Counted from the first letter of the stretch, positions 7,774 through 15,895 are shown. The stretch: DNA of 32,000 nucleotides from Nanopusillaceae archaeon (GCA_038735675.1 JAVYNJ010000002.1:1-32000), one strand, 5' to 3'. Notes: generated by a model from the sequence alone, not told the origin. Numbers and translations: made by a program.

Positions 7774-9717
7774 ATGCAAATCTTAAAAGATTATTTAAAA
7801 GATTTCGAAATTGAATTTTCAGAAGCTAGAAAGAATTCTGAATTTGATCTAACTATAAAGATTTTCAAGGAAATAAAAAAAGGTAAAAAACCTGAAGATA
7901 TATCCAAAAAAATTTTAGAAAATATAAAAGAATTTGTAGACAAGCATGAACTAATTAATGGATATTTAAATATAAAACTAAAATATGACAGAATTATAAA
8001 AGAATATAAAAAATTATTGGATTTTAAAGATATTGAAAAGAAAAGTATAATAATAGAACATACTTCTGTTAATCCAAATAAAGCTTTACATATAGGACAT
8101 TTAAGAAATGCAATTTTAGGAGATTCCTTAAATAGATTATTAAGCTTTTTAGGAAATAAAGTTACTGTATTAAATTATATTGATGATACCGGATCTCAGG
8201 TAGCAGATATAGTTGTTGGATTTTATTATTTGGGTTTTTCCCAAAACCCAGATGAGTTTAATGAAAAGAATTTAATAGAAAATCTAAAAAAATATGTAAA
8301 AAATCTAAAAGAAGAAGAAATAATTGAAATTATAAAAAGTAGAAAAAATAGCTTAAAAAACTTATATGGATATGAAATACCTAAAAAATTTGATCATTAT
8401 TGCGGAGATTTTGTTTATGTTATTATAAATAAACTTTATGAAAAATTTCCAGAAATAGAAAAATTAAAAAAAGAGGTATTAAAAAAAATAGAAGAAGGTA
8501 ATAATGAAATATATTTTTTCTCTCAAAATATAACAAGAAAAATAATTCTTGATCAATTAAAAACGCTATGGAATTTTGATATATATTATGATTTATTAAA
8601 TAAAGAATCAGATATAATTAAACAAGGATTCTGGGATAAAGTCTTCAGTATATTAAAAGAAAAAAACATAATAAAATTTGAATCAGAAGGAGATAAAAAA
8701 GGAACTTGGATAATAGATTTATCTAGATGGAAAGAGTTCGATGGTTATGAAGACAAGAAAAAAGTTTTAGTAAGATCTGATGGAACTACAGTATACTTAG
8801 CCAAAGATATTGCTTATGCTTTTTGGAAACTAAATATAATTCAAAGTGATTTTAAATATTCTGTATTTTCGATACAACCAAATGGAAAAATATTATATGA
8901 AACTTCACCAAATGGAGAAATAGATAACTTTAAGTTTAACGATTGTGATGTATCTATAAATGTAATAGGAGCTGAACAATCTTATTTACAATTAATAATC
9001 AAAAAAATTATCGAAGATATGTATCCAAATAAAACATACATACATTATAAATATAATCTCGTAATGTTATCAAAAGATACAGCAAAAATATTTGGAATAG
9101 ATAATGAAAAAAAATTATTTAAAATGTCTGGAAGAAAGGGAATATTTATAAATGCTGATAATCTTTTAGAAAAAACAAAAGAGTTTACATATAAAAAGCT
9201 AATTGAAAGAGGTTTTAATGAAGAAGAAGCAAAAAAATTAGCTTTTTATATAGCTAGAAGTACAATATGCTTTGAAATATTAAAGTATGACACCAATAGT
9301 ATTGTAGCTTTTGATATAAATAGAATGACGAATATTGAAGAAGGAAACGCGTTGTATTTAATGTATACTTATGCTAGAATACTTTCTTTAATTGAAAAAT
9401 CGGGAATAGATGAAAAAGAAATAGAAAAACTTAATAAATTCAGTATTGATAACCTAAATGAATATGAAAAAAGATTAATTTTAAAACTATTTTTGTTTAA
9501 AGATATTATATTAGAAACATATAAATCTCTAGAAATAAATAAATTAGCTAAATATGCCGTTGATTTAGCCAAAATATTTAACGAATTTTATCAAAATGTT
9601 CCAATAATTCCAGAAATTTCTAATAAACCTTACAGACTGTTTTTAGTATTCCTAACTAAAAAGATTTTGGAAAACTTATTTTACATATTGAAAATAGATA
9701 CTGTTAGAAAGATATAA
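7774..9717 (+). CDS. argS: Arginyl-tRNA synthetase
   Basis: Class I HIGH region NPNKALHIGHLRNAILGD, ArgRS-type KMSKS equivalent FKMSGRKG, C-terminal helical anticodon-binding region. 647 aa. Confidence 0.9.
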   Translation: MQILKDYLKDFEIEFSEARKNSEFDLTIKIFKEIKKGKKPEDISKKILENIKEFVDKHELINGYLNIKLKYDRIIKEYKKLLDFKDIEKKSIIIEHTSVNPNKALHIGHLRNAILGDSLNRLLSFLGNKVTVLNYIDDTGSQVADIVVGFYYLGFSQNPDEFNEKNLIENLKKYVKNLKEEEIIEIIKSRKNSLKNLYGYEIPKKFDHYCGDFVYVIINKLYEKFPEIEKLKKEVLKKIEEGNNEIYFFSQNITRKIILDQLKTLWNFDIYYDLLNKESDIIKQGFWDKVFSILKEKNIIKFESEGDKKGTWIIDLSRWKEFDGYEDKKKVLVRSDGTTVYLAKDIAYAFWKLNIIQSDFKYSVFSIQPNGKILYETSPNGEIDNFKFNDCDVSINVIGAEQSYLQLIIKKIIEDMYPNKTYIHYKYNLVMLSKDTAKIFGIDNEKKLFKMSGRKGIFINADNLLEKTKEFTYKKLIERGFNEEEAKKLAFYIARSTICFEILKYDTNSIVAFDINRMTNIEEGNALYLMYTYARILSLIEKSGIDEKEIEKLNKFSIDNLNEYEKRLILKLFLFKDIILETYKSLEINKLAKYAVDLAKIFNEFYQNVPIIPEISNKPYRLFLVFLTKKILENLFYILKIDTVRKI

Positions 9718-9718
9718 T

Positions 9719-9808
9719 TGGGCCCGGGGGGAATTGAACCCCCGACCTCCGGCTTTCTTAGGAGCCCGACCATATAAGGCCGGCGCTCCACCACTGAGCT
9801 ACGGGCCC
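9719..9808 (-). tRNA. tRNA-Ile, anticodon UAU, with 18-nt intron (9755-9772) at the canonical 37/38 position
   Basis: Reverse complement is GGGCCCG-TA-GCTC-AGTGGTG-GAGC-G-CCGGC-CTTATA[TGGTCGGGCTCCTAAGAA]A-GCCGG-AGGTC-GGGGG-TTCAATT-CCCCC-CGGGCCC-A. C32-A35 pair with intron UAAG to give a 4-bp helix flanked by 3-nt bulges UA|U and AA|A (bulge-helix-bulge). No encoded CCA. Confidence 0.9.
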
Positions 9809-9901
9809 ATTAGAAATATTAATAAAATATAATCTTTTTTAATTTCACCTTCACTTTTACCAAGGATCTTATTTTATAAAAATTTAAATAAAATATGAAA
9901 A

Positions 9902-11917
9902 ATGGAAGAATTAATTGAAAAAACAAAAGAAATATCTGAAGAAAAGCTTTCTAAATTGTTTGAAAATTGTAAAGATGAAATTAACGATTATATAAATAAT
10001 ATAACTTCTTCTATTGTAATATCACATAAAAAAATTCTAACTTTTTTAGGAATAGAAGCTGCAGAAAAAATTATCGAAAATCCAGAATTATATTTAGATC
10101 TCTTATCCGAGTACTTTTCTATAAGATTAGGCATAAATAAAAAAGTCAAAGTAAGAATCAAAGACATATCTGATAAAACTAGAATAAAAAGAATAAGGGA
10201 CATAAGATCTGAAGATACTGGAAAAATTATACAAGTAGATGGAATTATAAAAATCTCCTCTAGCGTTGTTCCAGTAATAAACAAAGTCAAGTATAGGCAT
10301 GATGAATGTGGAGGAGAGTTTTGGTTAGAATCTAAAGAATTTAATATAGAAAGCTTAAAACCAAAGAGATGTCCTTTATGCAGGAAATTTGGTGGAAAAT
10401 TTTTTAAATTAGAAGAATCGTATATCGATGTTCAAAGATTATTAATAGAAGAACCTGCAGAACAAATAGAAAAAGGGGAGCAGCCAGATCAAATAATTGT
10501 AATATTAAAAGAAGATCTTTGTGAGCCCAGAATGGAAAGAAAAACAATTCCAGGAACTAGAATAAGAATATCTGGCATAGTTAAAAGTTTTAAGAAGCAA
10601 AAAGAAAGACTTTTCTTAGAAAAATATATAGATGCTATATATATAGAGCCTTTAGATAAGGATATAGAAGAGATAAAGATAACACAAGAAGATGAAGAAA
10701 AAATAAAAGAAATAGCTAAATCAGAAGATGTTTTATCTACAATAGCTAGATCAATAGCTCCCGATATATTTGGATATCAATACGAAATTATAAAACAAGC
10801 AATTGTTCTTCAATTAGTTGGAGCATCTGAAAAATCTGAAAAAAGATTCAGAAAAAATATTCATATTCTTTTAGTAGGAGATCCTGGTACTGGTAAATCT
10901 TCTCTATTATTCAAAGTCCATGAAATTGCCCCTAAATCAAAATTTGTAACAGGTATAACTGCAACTTCGGTTGGTTTAACTGCTTCTGTAAGAAAAGACG
11001 AAATTCTAAAAGGAGGATGGGTTTTAGAGGCAGGTGCTTTGGTTTTAGCTTCGGGAGGTATAATATGTATAGACGAACTAGACAAACTTTCCGTAGAAGA
11101 ACTCCAACATTTGCATGAAGCAATGGAACATCAAACAATAACTATAGATAAAGCAAACATTCATGCAACATTAAGAGCGGATACTGCTGTTTTAGCAGCA
11201 GCTAATCCAAAATTTGGTAGGTGGGATAGAATGAAAAATATAGCCGATCAGATAGATTTACCAATAACAATAATAAATAGATTTGATTTAATATTTATAT
11301 TACAAGATGTTCCAGATCCAAATATAGATGGCAAAATCGCAGAAGAAATATTAGGAACTTTAAAACAAAAACCAAATCCACCAATACCTATTGATTTATT
11401 AAGAAAATATATTGCATATGCTAAAAAAATAAATCCTATTTGGACAGATAAAGCTATAGAAAGAGTAAAAAAGTTCTATATTGATTTGAGATCTAGAGCT
11501 AAAGAAGAAGCTATACCCATTACTCTAAGGCAATTGAATTCTATAATAAGATTATCTGAAGCTTCAGCCAAGATAAGATTATCTGAAATTATAACAGAAG
11601 AAGATGTGATGATTGCTGAAAAATTATTATTACATAGTTTAAAACAAGTAGGAATAAATCCAGAAACATCACAACTAGATATAGATTTAATAACTACGGG
11701 ATTCTCATCTACAGAAAGAAAAAGAGGAGGAATTATATTAGATACAATCAAAAATTTGGCAAAAGATTTTCCATCTGGTGTTCCAATCTCTGAGATAACT
11801 AAATACGTAGAAAAGTACAATTTATCAAAAGATGACGTCCTTAGTACTATAGAGAAACTTCTTAAGGAAGGATATATCTATGAGGCTGCACCAGAGAAAT
11901 ACTTGCCTACATCATGA
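9902..11917 (+). CDS. mcm: MCM replicative helicase
   Basis: Zn finger (HDECGGEF...CPLCRKFG), Walker A GDPGTGKS, Walker B CIDELDK, arginine-finger region NRFDLIFIL, C-terminal winged-helix-like tail. 671 aa. Confidence 0.95.
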   Translation: MEELIEKTKEISEEKLSKLFENCKDEINDYINNITSSIVISHKKILTFLGIEAAEKIIENPELYLDLLSEYFSIRLGINKKVKVRIKDISDKTRIKRIRDIRSEDTGKIIQVDGIIKISSSVVPVINKVKYRHDECGGEFWLESKEFNIESLKPKRCPLCRKFGGKFFKLEESYIDVQRLLIEEPAEQIEKGEQPDQIIVILKEDLCEPRMERKTIPGTRIRISGIVKSFKKQKERLFLEKYIDAIYIEPLDKDIEEIKITQEDEEKIKEIAKSEDVLSTIARSIAPDIFGYQYEIIKQAIVLQLVGASEKSEKRFRKNIHILLVGDPGTGKSSLLFKVHEIAPKSKFVTGITATSVGLTASVRKDEILKGGWVLEAGALVLASGGIICIDELDKLSVEELQHLHEAMEHQTITIDKANIHATLRADTAVLAAANPKFGRWDRMKNIADQIDLPITIINRFDLIFILQDVPDPNIDGKIAEEILGTLKQKPNPPIPIDLLRKYIAYAKKINPIWTDKAIERVKKFYIDLRSRAKEEAIPITLRQLNSIIRLSEASAKIRLSEIITEEDVMIAEKLLLHSLKQVGINPETSQLDIDLITTGFSSTERKRGGIILDTIKNLAKDFPSGVPISEITKYVEKYNLSKDDVLSTIEKLLKEGYIYEAAPEKYLPTS

Positions 11918-12507
11918 AGCAATACAAACCTATTTTTTCTAATGAAATAGAAAATAATAAAGATGCTTTTGTTGCTCTAATTGGAAAAATTTTAGAGATT
12001 TATAATGAAAGAAAATATATAAAAATTAATTGTATTGATAGCAAAGGATATTTTTCTATAATTTCATATGAACCATTAGATATCGATAAATTTGCTACTA
12101 TATTAGTTTTAGGAAAAATAAAGGAATTTAACGGTCAAAACTTTGTTTACTCCAAGAAAATAATTATTTTAAAAGATCCAAATGATGAATTAATATGGAG
12201 AGAATTTTTCATTAGAGAAAAAGCAAAAAAAAGAATAAAATTAAACAAAAAACCAGAGGAATATTCTAAAAAATATGATAAATTTGATATAAAAGAAAAA
12301 AAAGAAGTTGTTGAAGATAAAGATATAAAAATTAAAAAAGAAATATTGGAATTTATAAAAGAAAATGATAGAGGTGATGGAGTTTCTTTTGAAGAAATAA
12401 GAAAATACTTTGAAATACCTGAAGAATCGCTAAAAAGATATATTGAAGATTTATTATCAATAGGTGAAATTTATGAATTTTCTCCTAATAAATACAAAGC
12501 AATATGA
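11914..12507 (+). CDS. OB-fold + C-terminal winged-helix protein, RPA32/Stn1-like (putative ssDNA-binding subunit)
   Basis: FVALIGKILEI...IKINCIDSKGYFSII...ILVLGKIKEFNGQNFVYSKKIIILKDPNDELIWREFF follows the RPA32 OB-D pattern (V.IVG....Y.IDD.TG...YV.V.G.L..F.....L....I..L.D.NE...H). A K/E linker is followed by the wH-like ILEFIKENDRGDGVSFEEIRKYF...LLSIGEIYE. ATGA overlap with the MCM stop. Confidence 0.5.
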   Translation: MKQYKPIFSNEIENNKDAFVALIGKILEIYNERKYIKINCIDSKGYFSIISYEPLDIDKFATILVLGKIKEFNGQNFVYSKKIIILKDPNDELIWREFFIREKAKKRIKLNKKPEEYSKKYDKFDIKEKKEVVEDKDIKIKKEILEFIKENDRGDGVSFEEIRKYFEIPEESLKRYIEDLLSIGEIYEFSPNKYKAI

Positions 12508-12929
12508 CAGATTATCTTATACTTTTAGAAAAAGCATATGAAAAATTAAAAAAATTAGGAAAAGAATTAAAAAGAGGGGAAGAGGTCGTAATTCCACTTC
12601 CAAAGATTACATATTATAAAAAGTGGACATATATAGAAAATGCAAAAGATATCTTAGAAATATTAAGGAGAGATATAGAATTTTTATCTAAATTTTTGCA
12701 AAAAGAATTAAATATACCTTGTAGAGTTGAAGAAAATAGAATTCTAATACAAAAAGAGGTTAGTTTAGATATTTTAAAGAATAAAATAGATAAATTCATA
12801 GATATATTTGTAAGATGTCCTGTTTGTAAAAAGTTAGATACTCAAATAATAAAGGTAGATAGAAATTTAATATTGAAATGTGAAGCATGTGGTGCTGAAT
12901 CTTCAATTGTCTATAGCATTAAGAAGTGA
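12504..12929 (+). CDS. eif2b: Translation initiation factor aIF2 beta subunit
   Basis: 141 aa, helical N-terminus and C-terminal Zn ribbon CPVCKKLDT...KCEACGAES, typical of aIF2-beta/eIF5 family. ATGA overlap with the upstream gene. Confidence 0.85.
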   Translation: MTDYLILLEKAYEKLKKLGKELKRGEEVVIPLPKITYYKKWTYIENAKDILEILRRDIEFLSKFLQKELNIPCRVEENRILIQKEVSLDILKNKIDKFIDIFVRCPVCKKLDTQIIKVDRNLILKCEACGAESSIVYSIKK

Positions 12930-13222
12930 TTTTTCTAAAGATAATAGATTCTCCGCAAGGAAAAATATTAATTTTATGTGATGAAGATTTATATGGCAAG
13001 GAGTTTCGTAATGGAGATTGCATTCTTAAAATAACTTCCTTTTATAAAGGAAAAATCGTAGAAGATGTCGATCAAAGCATATTAGAAGAAGCTAATATGA
13101 TAAATGCTATAGGAAAAAAATCATTGGAAATTTTAGTAAAAAAAAATATAATTTCAAAAGAAGAACTAAAGGAAGTAAAATATATAGAAGAAATACCCTA
13201 TGTTTTTATAGTAAAAGAATGA
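12926..13222 (+). CDS. Small conserved archaeal protein, DUF424-like
   Basis: GTG start in a GTGA overlap. MIFLKIIDSPQGKILILCDEDLYGKEF resembles the DUF424 N-terminal pattern (..K......V.A.CD.EL.G). From memory, this family often follows aIF2-beta. Confidence 0.5.
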   Translation: MIFLKIIDSPQGKILILCDEDLYGKEFRNGDCILKITSFYKGKIVEDVDQSILEEANMINAIGKKSLEILVKKNIISKEELKEVKYIEEIPYVFIVKE

Positions 13223-13740
13223 TTTACAAAAGATTTTGTGCTAATTGTGGAAGAGAAACAGAAAAATTAATAGAAAATTTATGTGAATCTTGTTATAATA
13301 AAATAAAAAATGGTAAAAAGCTTGTAAGAAAAGTGAAAATCTGCAAATATTGTGGAAAGTATTTTTATAAAAATAAAATAATAAAAAAAGAAGAATTAAA
13401 AAATTTAGAAATAGAAAAAGAATATTTTATATGCGAAAGTTGTAAAAAGATTTATAGTAAGAAATACAACACCATTATACAATTAAGAAAATTTCTTGAA
13501 AATGAAATAACTATATTTTTAGAATTTTTAAATAAAGAAAATATCATTATAAAAAAATACAACCAAATAAATAATGATTCTTTAGATTTATACGTTTTCT
13601 TAGAACGAAATATTTTGAAAAAATTTATAAAATTCTTAAAAAGGAATAAATTTAACGTAAAAATAACAAAAAAACTAAAAACATATGATGCACAACATGG
13701 TAAGAAGATATACATTTTAACTTTGCGTATACAAAAGTAG
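13219..13740 (+). CDS. Zn-binding protein, NMD3 N-terminal-domain-like (short, 173 aa)
   Basis: Four CxxC pairs (CANCG, CESCY, CKYCG, CESCK) with NMD3-like spacing. About half the length I recall for archaeal NMD3. Confidence 0.45.
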   Translation: MIYKRFCANCGRETEKLIENLCESCYNKIKNGKKLVRKVKICKYCGKYFYKNKIIKKEELKNLEIEKEYFICESCKKIYSKKYNTIIQLRKFLENEITIFLEFLNKENIIIKKYNQINNDSLDLYVFLERNILKKFIKFLKRNKFNVKITKKLKTYDAQHGKKIYILTLRIQK

Positions 13741-13771
13741 AGTAAGCTTTTTAATTATTTCGAAATATAAT

Positions 13772-13942
13772 ATGGCTATGAAAGTTTACGTTGCTAAGTG
13801 GGACGAAGAGGAGAAAAAGAAAAAAGAAGAAGAGGAAGAAGATTGGGAAGAAGAGTGGGAGGAAGAAGAATGGGGTAACGAAGAGTGGGAGGAAGAGGAG
13901 TGGGAGGAAGAAGATTGGGACGAAGATTGGGACGAGGAATAA
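13772..13942 (+). CDS. Unannotated 56-aa hyper-acidic Trp-periodic micro-protein
   Basis: ATG-initiated frame: MAMKVYVAKWDEEEKKKKEEEEEDWEEEWEEEEWGNEEWEEEEWEEEDWDEDWDEE*. Uses GAA/GAG/GAT/TGG codons. Preceded by ttaattatttcgaaatataat and followed by a T-rich tract. Competes with the TTG-initiated K/R-rich frame shown in the ORF track. Confidence 0.5.
   Translation: MAMKVYVAKWDEEEKKKKEEEEEDWEEEWEEEEWGNEEWEEEEWEEEDWDEDWDEE
13803..13939 (+). repeat. GA-rich degenerate tandem repeat (12-15 nt units, approx GAAGARGAKTGGGAS), local GC island
   Basis: Direct reading: gaagaagattgg / gaagaagagtgggag / gaagaagaatggggtaac / gaagagtgggag / gaagaggagtgggag / gaagaagattgggac / gaagattgggac. The plus strand is almost entirely purine. 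Confidence 0.7.
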
Positions 13943-13984
13943 AATAAGAGAAACTTTCTTTTCTTTTTTTATGTTATTATATTA

Positions 13985-14275
13985 ATGGGTGAAGAAGAAA
14001 AAATTTTGATACCAAAAGAAAAGCAAGTTATCGGCATAATTGAAGAGGTAGTTGGATGGGCACATGCTAGAGTAAGATGCTTTGATGGAAAAGTAAGGAT
14101 TTGCAGAGTTCCTAAAAAATTGTCGGGAAGAGTTTGGTTAGTTAAAGGAGCATACGTTTTAGTAGATCCTTGGGAAATAGAAGGAGATAAAAAAGGAGAT
14201 ATATTATACACTTATTCAAACACAGAAGTCGAATGGTTAAAGAAAAAAGGATATATTAAATTTGAAGAGATATAA
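13985..14275 (+). CDS. eif1a: Translation initiation factor aIF1A
   Basis: S1-like OB pattern GIIEEVVGWAHARVRCFDGKVRICRVPKKLSGRVWLVKGAYVLVDPWEIEGDKKGDILYTY...VEWLKKKGYI. 96 aa. Confidence 0.9.
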   Translation: MGEEEKILIPKEKQVIGIIEEVVGWAHARVRCFDGKVRICRVPKKLSGRVWLVKGAYVLVDPWEIEGDKKGDILYTYSNTEVEWLKKKGYIKFEEI

Positions 14276-14284
14276 ACTCTTAAT

Positions 14285-14357
14285 GGGCCCGTAGTCTAGC
14301 CAGGAAGGATGTTGGGCTCCAGACCCAATGACCGGGGTTCAAATCCCCGCGGGCCCA
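14285..14357 (+). tRNA. tRNA-Trp, anticodon CCA, intron-less
   Basis: GGGCCCG-TA-GTCT-AGCCAGGAA-GGAT-G-TTGGG-CTCCAGA-CCCAA-TGAC-CGGGG-TTCAAAT-CCCCG-CGGGCCC-A. Full cloverleaf, no encoded CCA. Starts 9 nt after the aIF1A stop. Confidence 0.92.
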
Positions 14358-14367
14358 TTAAGAATTA

Positions 14368-14667
14368 TTAAGATCTAATTTGCTTTAAATGTGCCGGATG
14401 TACTATAATGATTTTTTCTTTACCTTTATCTTCTATTAGGACCTCGTAACAATCCCCTCTTTTGTTAATAACTTTTCCACTTAATCCATGAAATTTTGGA
14501 TGTGGCATACCTCTATGATATGAAGGATCTATTACTATAGATACACTATCTCCACTATTAAATTTTTTTAATATGTTTTTTATTTTGATTTTTCCTTTTT
14601 CTCTAATTTTTTTTGATAATTTATCCCTACTTTTTCTTCTAGATCCCTTTCCTTTTCTGTCAACCAT
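14368..14667 (-). CDS. rpl21e: Ribosomal protein L21e (eL21)
   Basis: GSRRKSRDKLSK...GDSVSIVIDPSYHRGMPHPKFHGLSGKVINKRGDCYEV matches the L21e SH3-like core. 99 aa. Confidence 0.9.
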   Translation of the reverse strand: MVDRKGKGSRRKSRDKLSKKIREKGKIKIKNILKKFNSGDSVSIVIDPSYHRGMPHPKFHGLSGKVINKRGDCYEVLIEDKGKEKIIIVHPAHLKQIRS

Positions 14668-14719
14668 TAAGTATAACTATTACAAATATATTTTTATTTT
14701 TTCTCTATGATGTAATAAA

Positions 14720-15037
14720 ATGAATGTATTAGAGATGAAACCTATACTTCCTGGAGAGATCTTAAAAATACTTGAAGAATATAGGAAAGAAAGAGAATTA
14801 ACTTATGTAGAGGATAGATTACTAAAATTCTTGAATACTACAAGAAATATAGATCCTGAAAACGAAAAAAAACTTTATGAAGAGCTAAAATCTATAAATA
14901 TTCCTGAAGATATAAGAATAAAAATTGTTGAAATGCTACCAAAAGATGAGGAAGATCTAAAAGCAATTTTATACACTTATACACTATCAAAAAATGAAAT
15001 AGATAAAATTTTATCTATAGTTAAAAAATATATTTAG
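14720..15037 (+). CDS. rpoF: RNA polymerase subunit Rpo4 (RpoF)
   Basis: 105 aa. ..EILKILEEYRKERELTYVEDRLLKFLN...ELKSINIPEDIRIKIVEMLPKDEEDLKAI...EIDKILSIVKKY follows the RpoF/Rpb4 helical pattern. Sits in the conserved L21e-RpoF-DUF655 neighbourhood. Confidence 0.75.
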   Translation: MNVLEMKPILPGEILKILEEYRKERELTYVEDRLLKFLNTTRNIDPENEKKLYEELKSINIPEDIRIKIVEMLPKDEEDLKAILYTYTLSKNEIDKILSIVKKYI

Positions 15038-15059
15038 TTATAGATTATAATAATATATA

Positions 15060-15605
15060 ATGATTCAAAAAAAGAAAGAAAACTTCGCAATAATACTTGA
15101 TTTTCTTCCACTAGGAGATTCATCAAAAAATATTTCAGAACCTACTGCTTACGCAATTGGCATAGAATACTTTACTCTTCTTTTACTAATAGTAAAACCT
15201 GGAATAAAAGTTGATATTTTCGAAGAAGTATATATAGGAGAAGGAAAAAGAGATAAAATAAAATCCGTATTGAGAAAACTATCAATAAATGATTTATCCC
15301 TATTGGCAAAAGAGAATCTAGAAAAAGCAATAATAAAAATAATAGAAAAAAATGAATCTAAGTTTGTTGAATTTTTTAATAGAGCTGGTCCATTAAATTT
15401 AAAAATACATTCCCTGGAATTAATTCCAGGAATAGGAAAAACGGTATTAGATAGAATTTTGGAAGAGAGAGAAAAAGAACCCTTTAAATCGATTTTAGAT
15501 ATAGAAAATAGAGTAAAGGGATTTAAAAATGTTAAATTAGCGCTATGCAAAAGAATTATTGACGAACTTTATGGAAACGAAAAAATAAAATTATTTACAG
15601 CTTGA
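15060..15605 (+). CDS. DUF655-family putative RNA-binding protein (OB + HhH)
   Basis: FAIILDFLPLGD....AYAIGIEYFTLLLLIVKPG...EEVYIGEGKRDKIKSV...NESKFVEFFNRAGPLNLKIHSLELIPGIGKTVLDRILEEREKEPFKS matches the DUF655 pattern as I recall it. Confidence 0.7.
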   Translation: MIQKKKENFAIILDFLPLGDSSKNISEPTAYAIGIEYFTLLLLIVKPGIKVDIFEEVYIGEGKRDKIKSVLRKLSINDLSLLAKENLEKAIIKIIEKNESKFVEFFNRAGPLNLKIHSLELIPGIGKTVLDRILEEREKEPFKSILDIENRVKGFKNVKLALCKRIIDELYGNEKIKLFTA

Positions 15606-15861
15606 TATTATTAAATTTTGCGATCATTTTTAATATTTTCTCTCTATTTGTAATTTCAATTCCATTTTCTTCTTTTATCTTTATAATTAATAATTTTTTG
15701 TTCATTTTTTTCCTTTTTCTATTATCTTTATTCAATTTTCTTAAATGAGATTTATTCAGATGCTTTGTATATTTTTTGTTATTCATAAACACATGTCCGC
15801 ATAAAGGACAAGTATATACTTTCTTTCCAGATCTAGTAATCTTTATCATACTCCCGATCAT
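15595..15861 (-). CDS. Small C2H2 zinc-finger protein with basic tail (88 aa)
   Basis: YTCPLCGHVFMNNKKYTKHLNKSH is C-x2-C-x12-H-x4-H, followed by RKLNKDNRKRKKMNKK. The 3' end overlaps the convergent DUF655 gene by 11 nt. Confidence 0.5.
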   Translation of the reverse strand: MIGSMIKITRSGKKVYTCPLCGHVFMNNKKYTKHLNKSHLRKLNKDNRKRKKMNKKLLIIKIKEENGIEITNREKILKMIAKFNNIKL

Positions 15862-15895
15862 TATTATCTCAATATTTGGATAAAAAATAAAAATT

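Noticed and set aside
13955-13970. T-rich tract tttcttttcttttttt as an intrinsic archaeal terminator after the acidic micro-ORF
   Set aside because: It is plausible, but it sits only 15 nt from the aIF1A ATG and no clearly placed independent promoter follows. Read-through co-transcription is equally likely, so it is not called as a feature.
13791-13985. ORF-track 64-aa K/R/G-rich ORF (MLSGTKRRKRKKKKRKK...)
   Set aside because: It is the +1 frame of the GA-rich repeat and starts at TTG. It relies on AAG/AGG/GGG codons that are otherwise disfavoured in this AT-rich window. It also reads through the T-rich tract and into the aIF1A start. The ATG-initiated acidic frame (13772..13942) is the better candidate, though neither frame is proven.
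14251-14284. TATA-like boxes about 25-32 nt upstream of the +1 of all three tRNAs, as evidence for leaderless tRNA transcription and absence of RNase P
   Set aside because: The spacing is not uniform across the three genes, and at about 75% AT such boxes occur by chance almost everywhere. This cannot be supported without transcription start mapping and a genome-wide RNase P search. It is kept only as a question under the sRNA finding.
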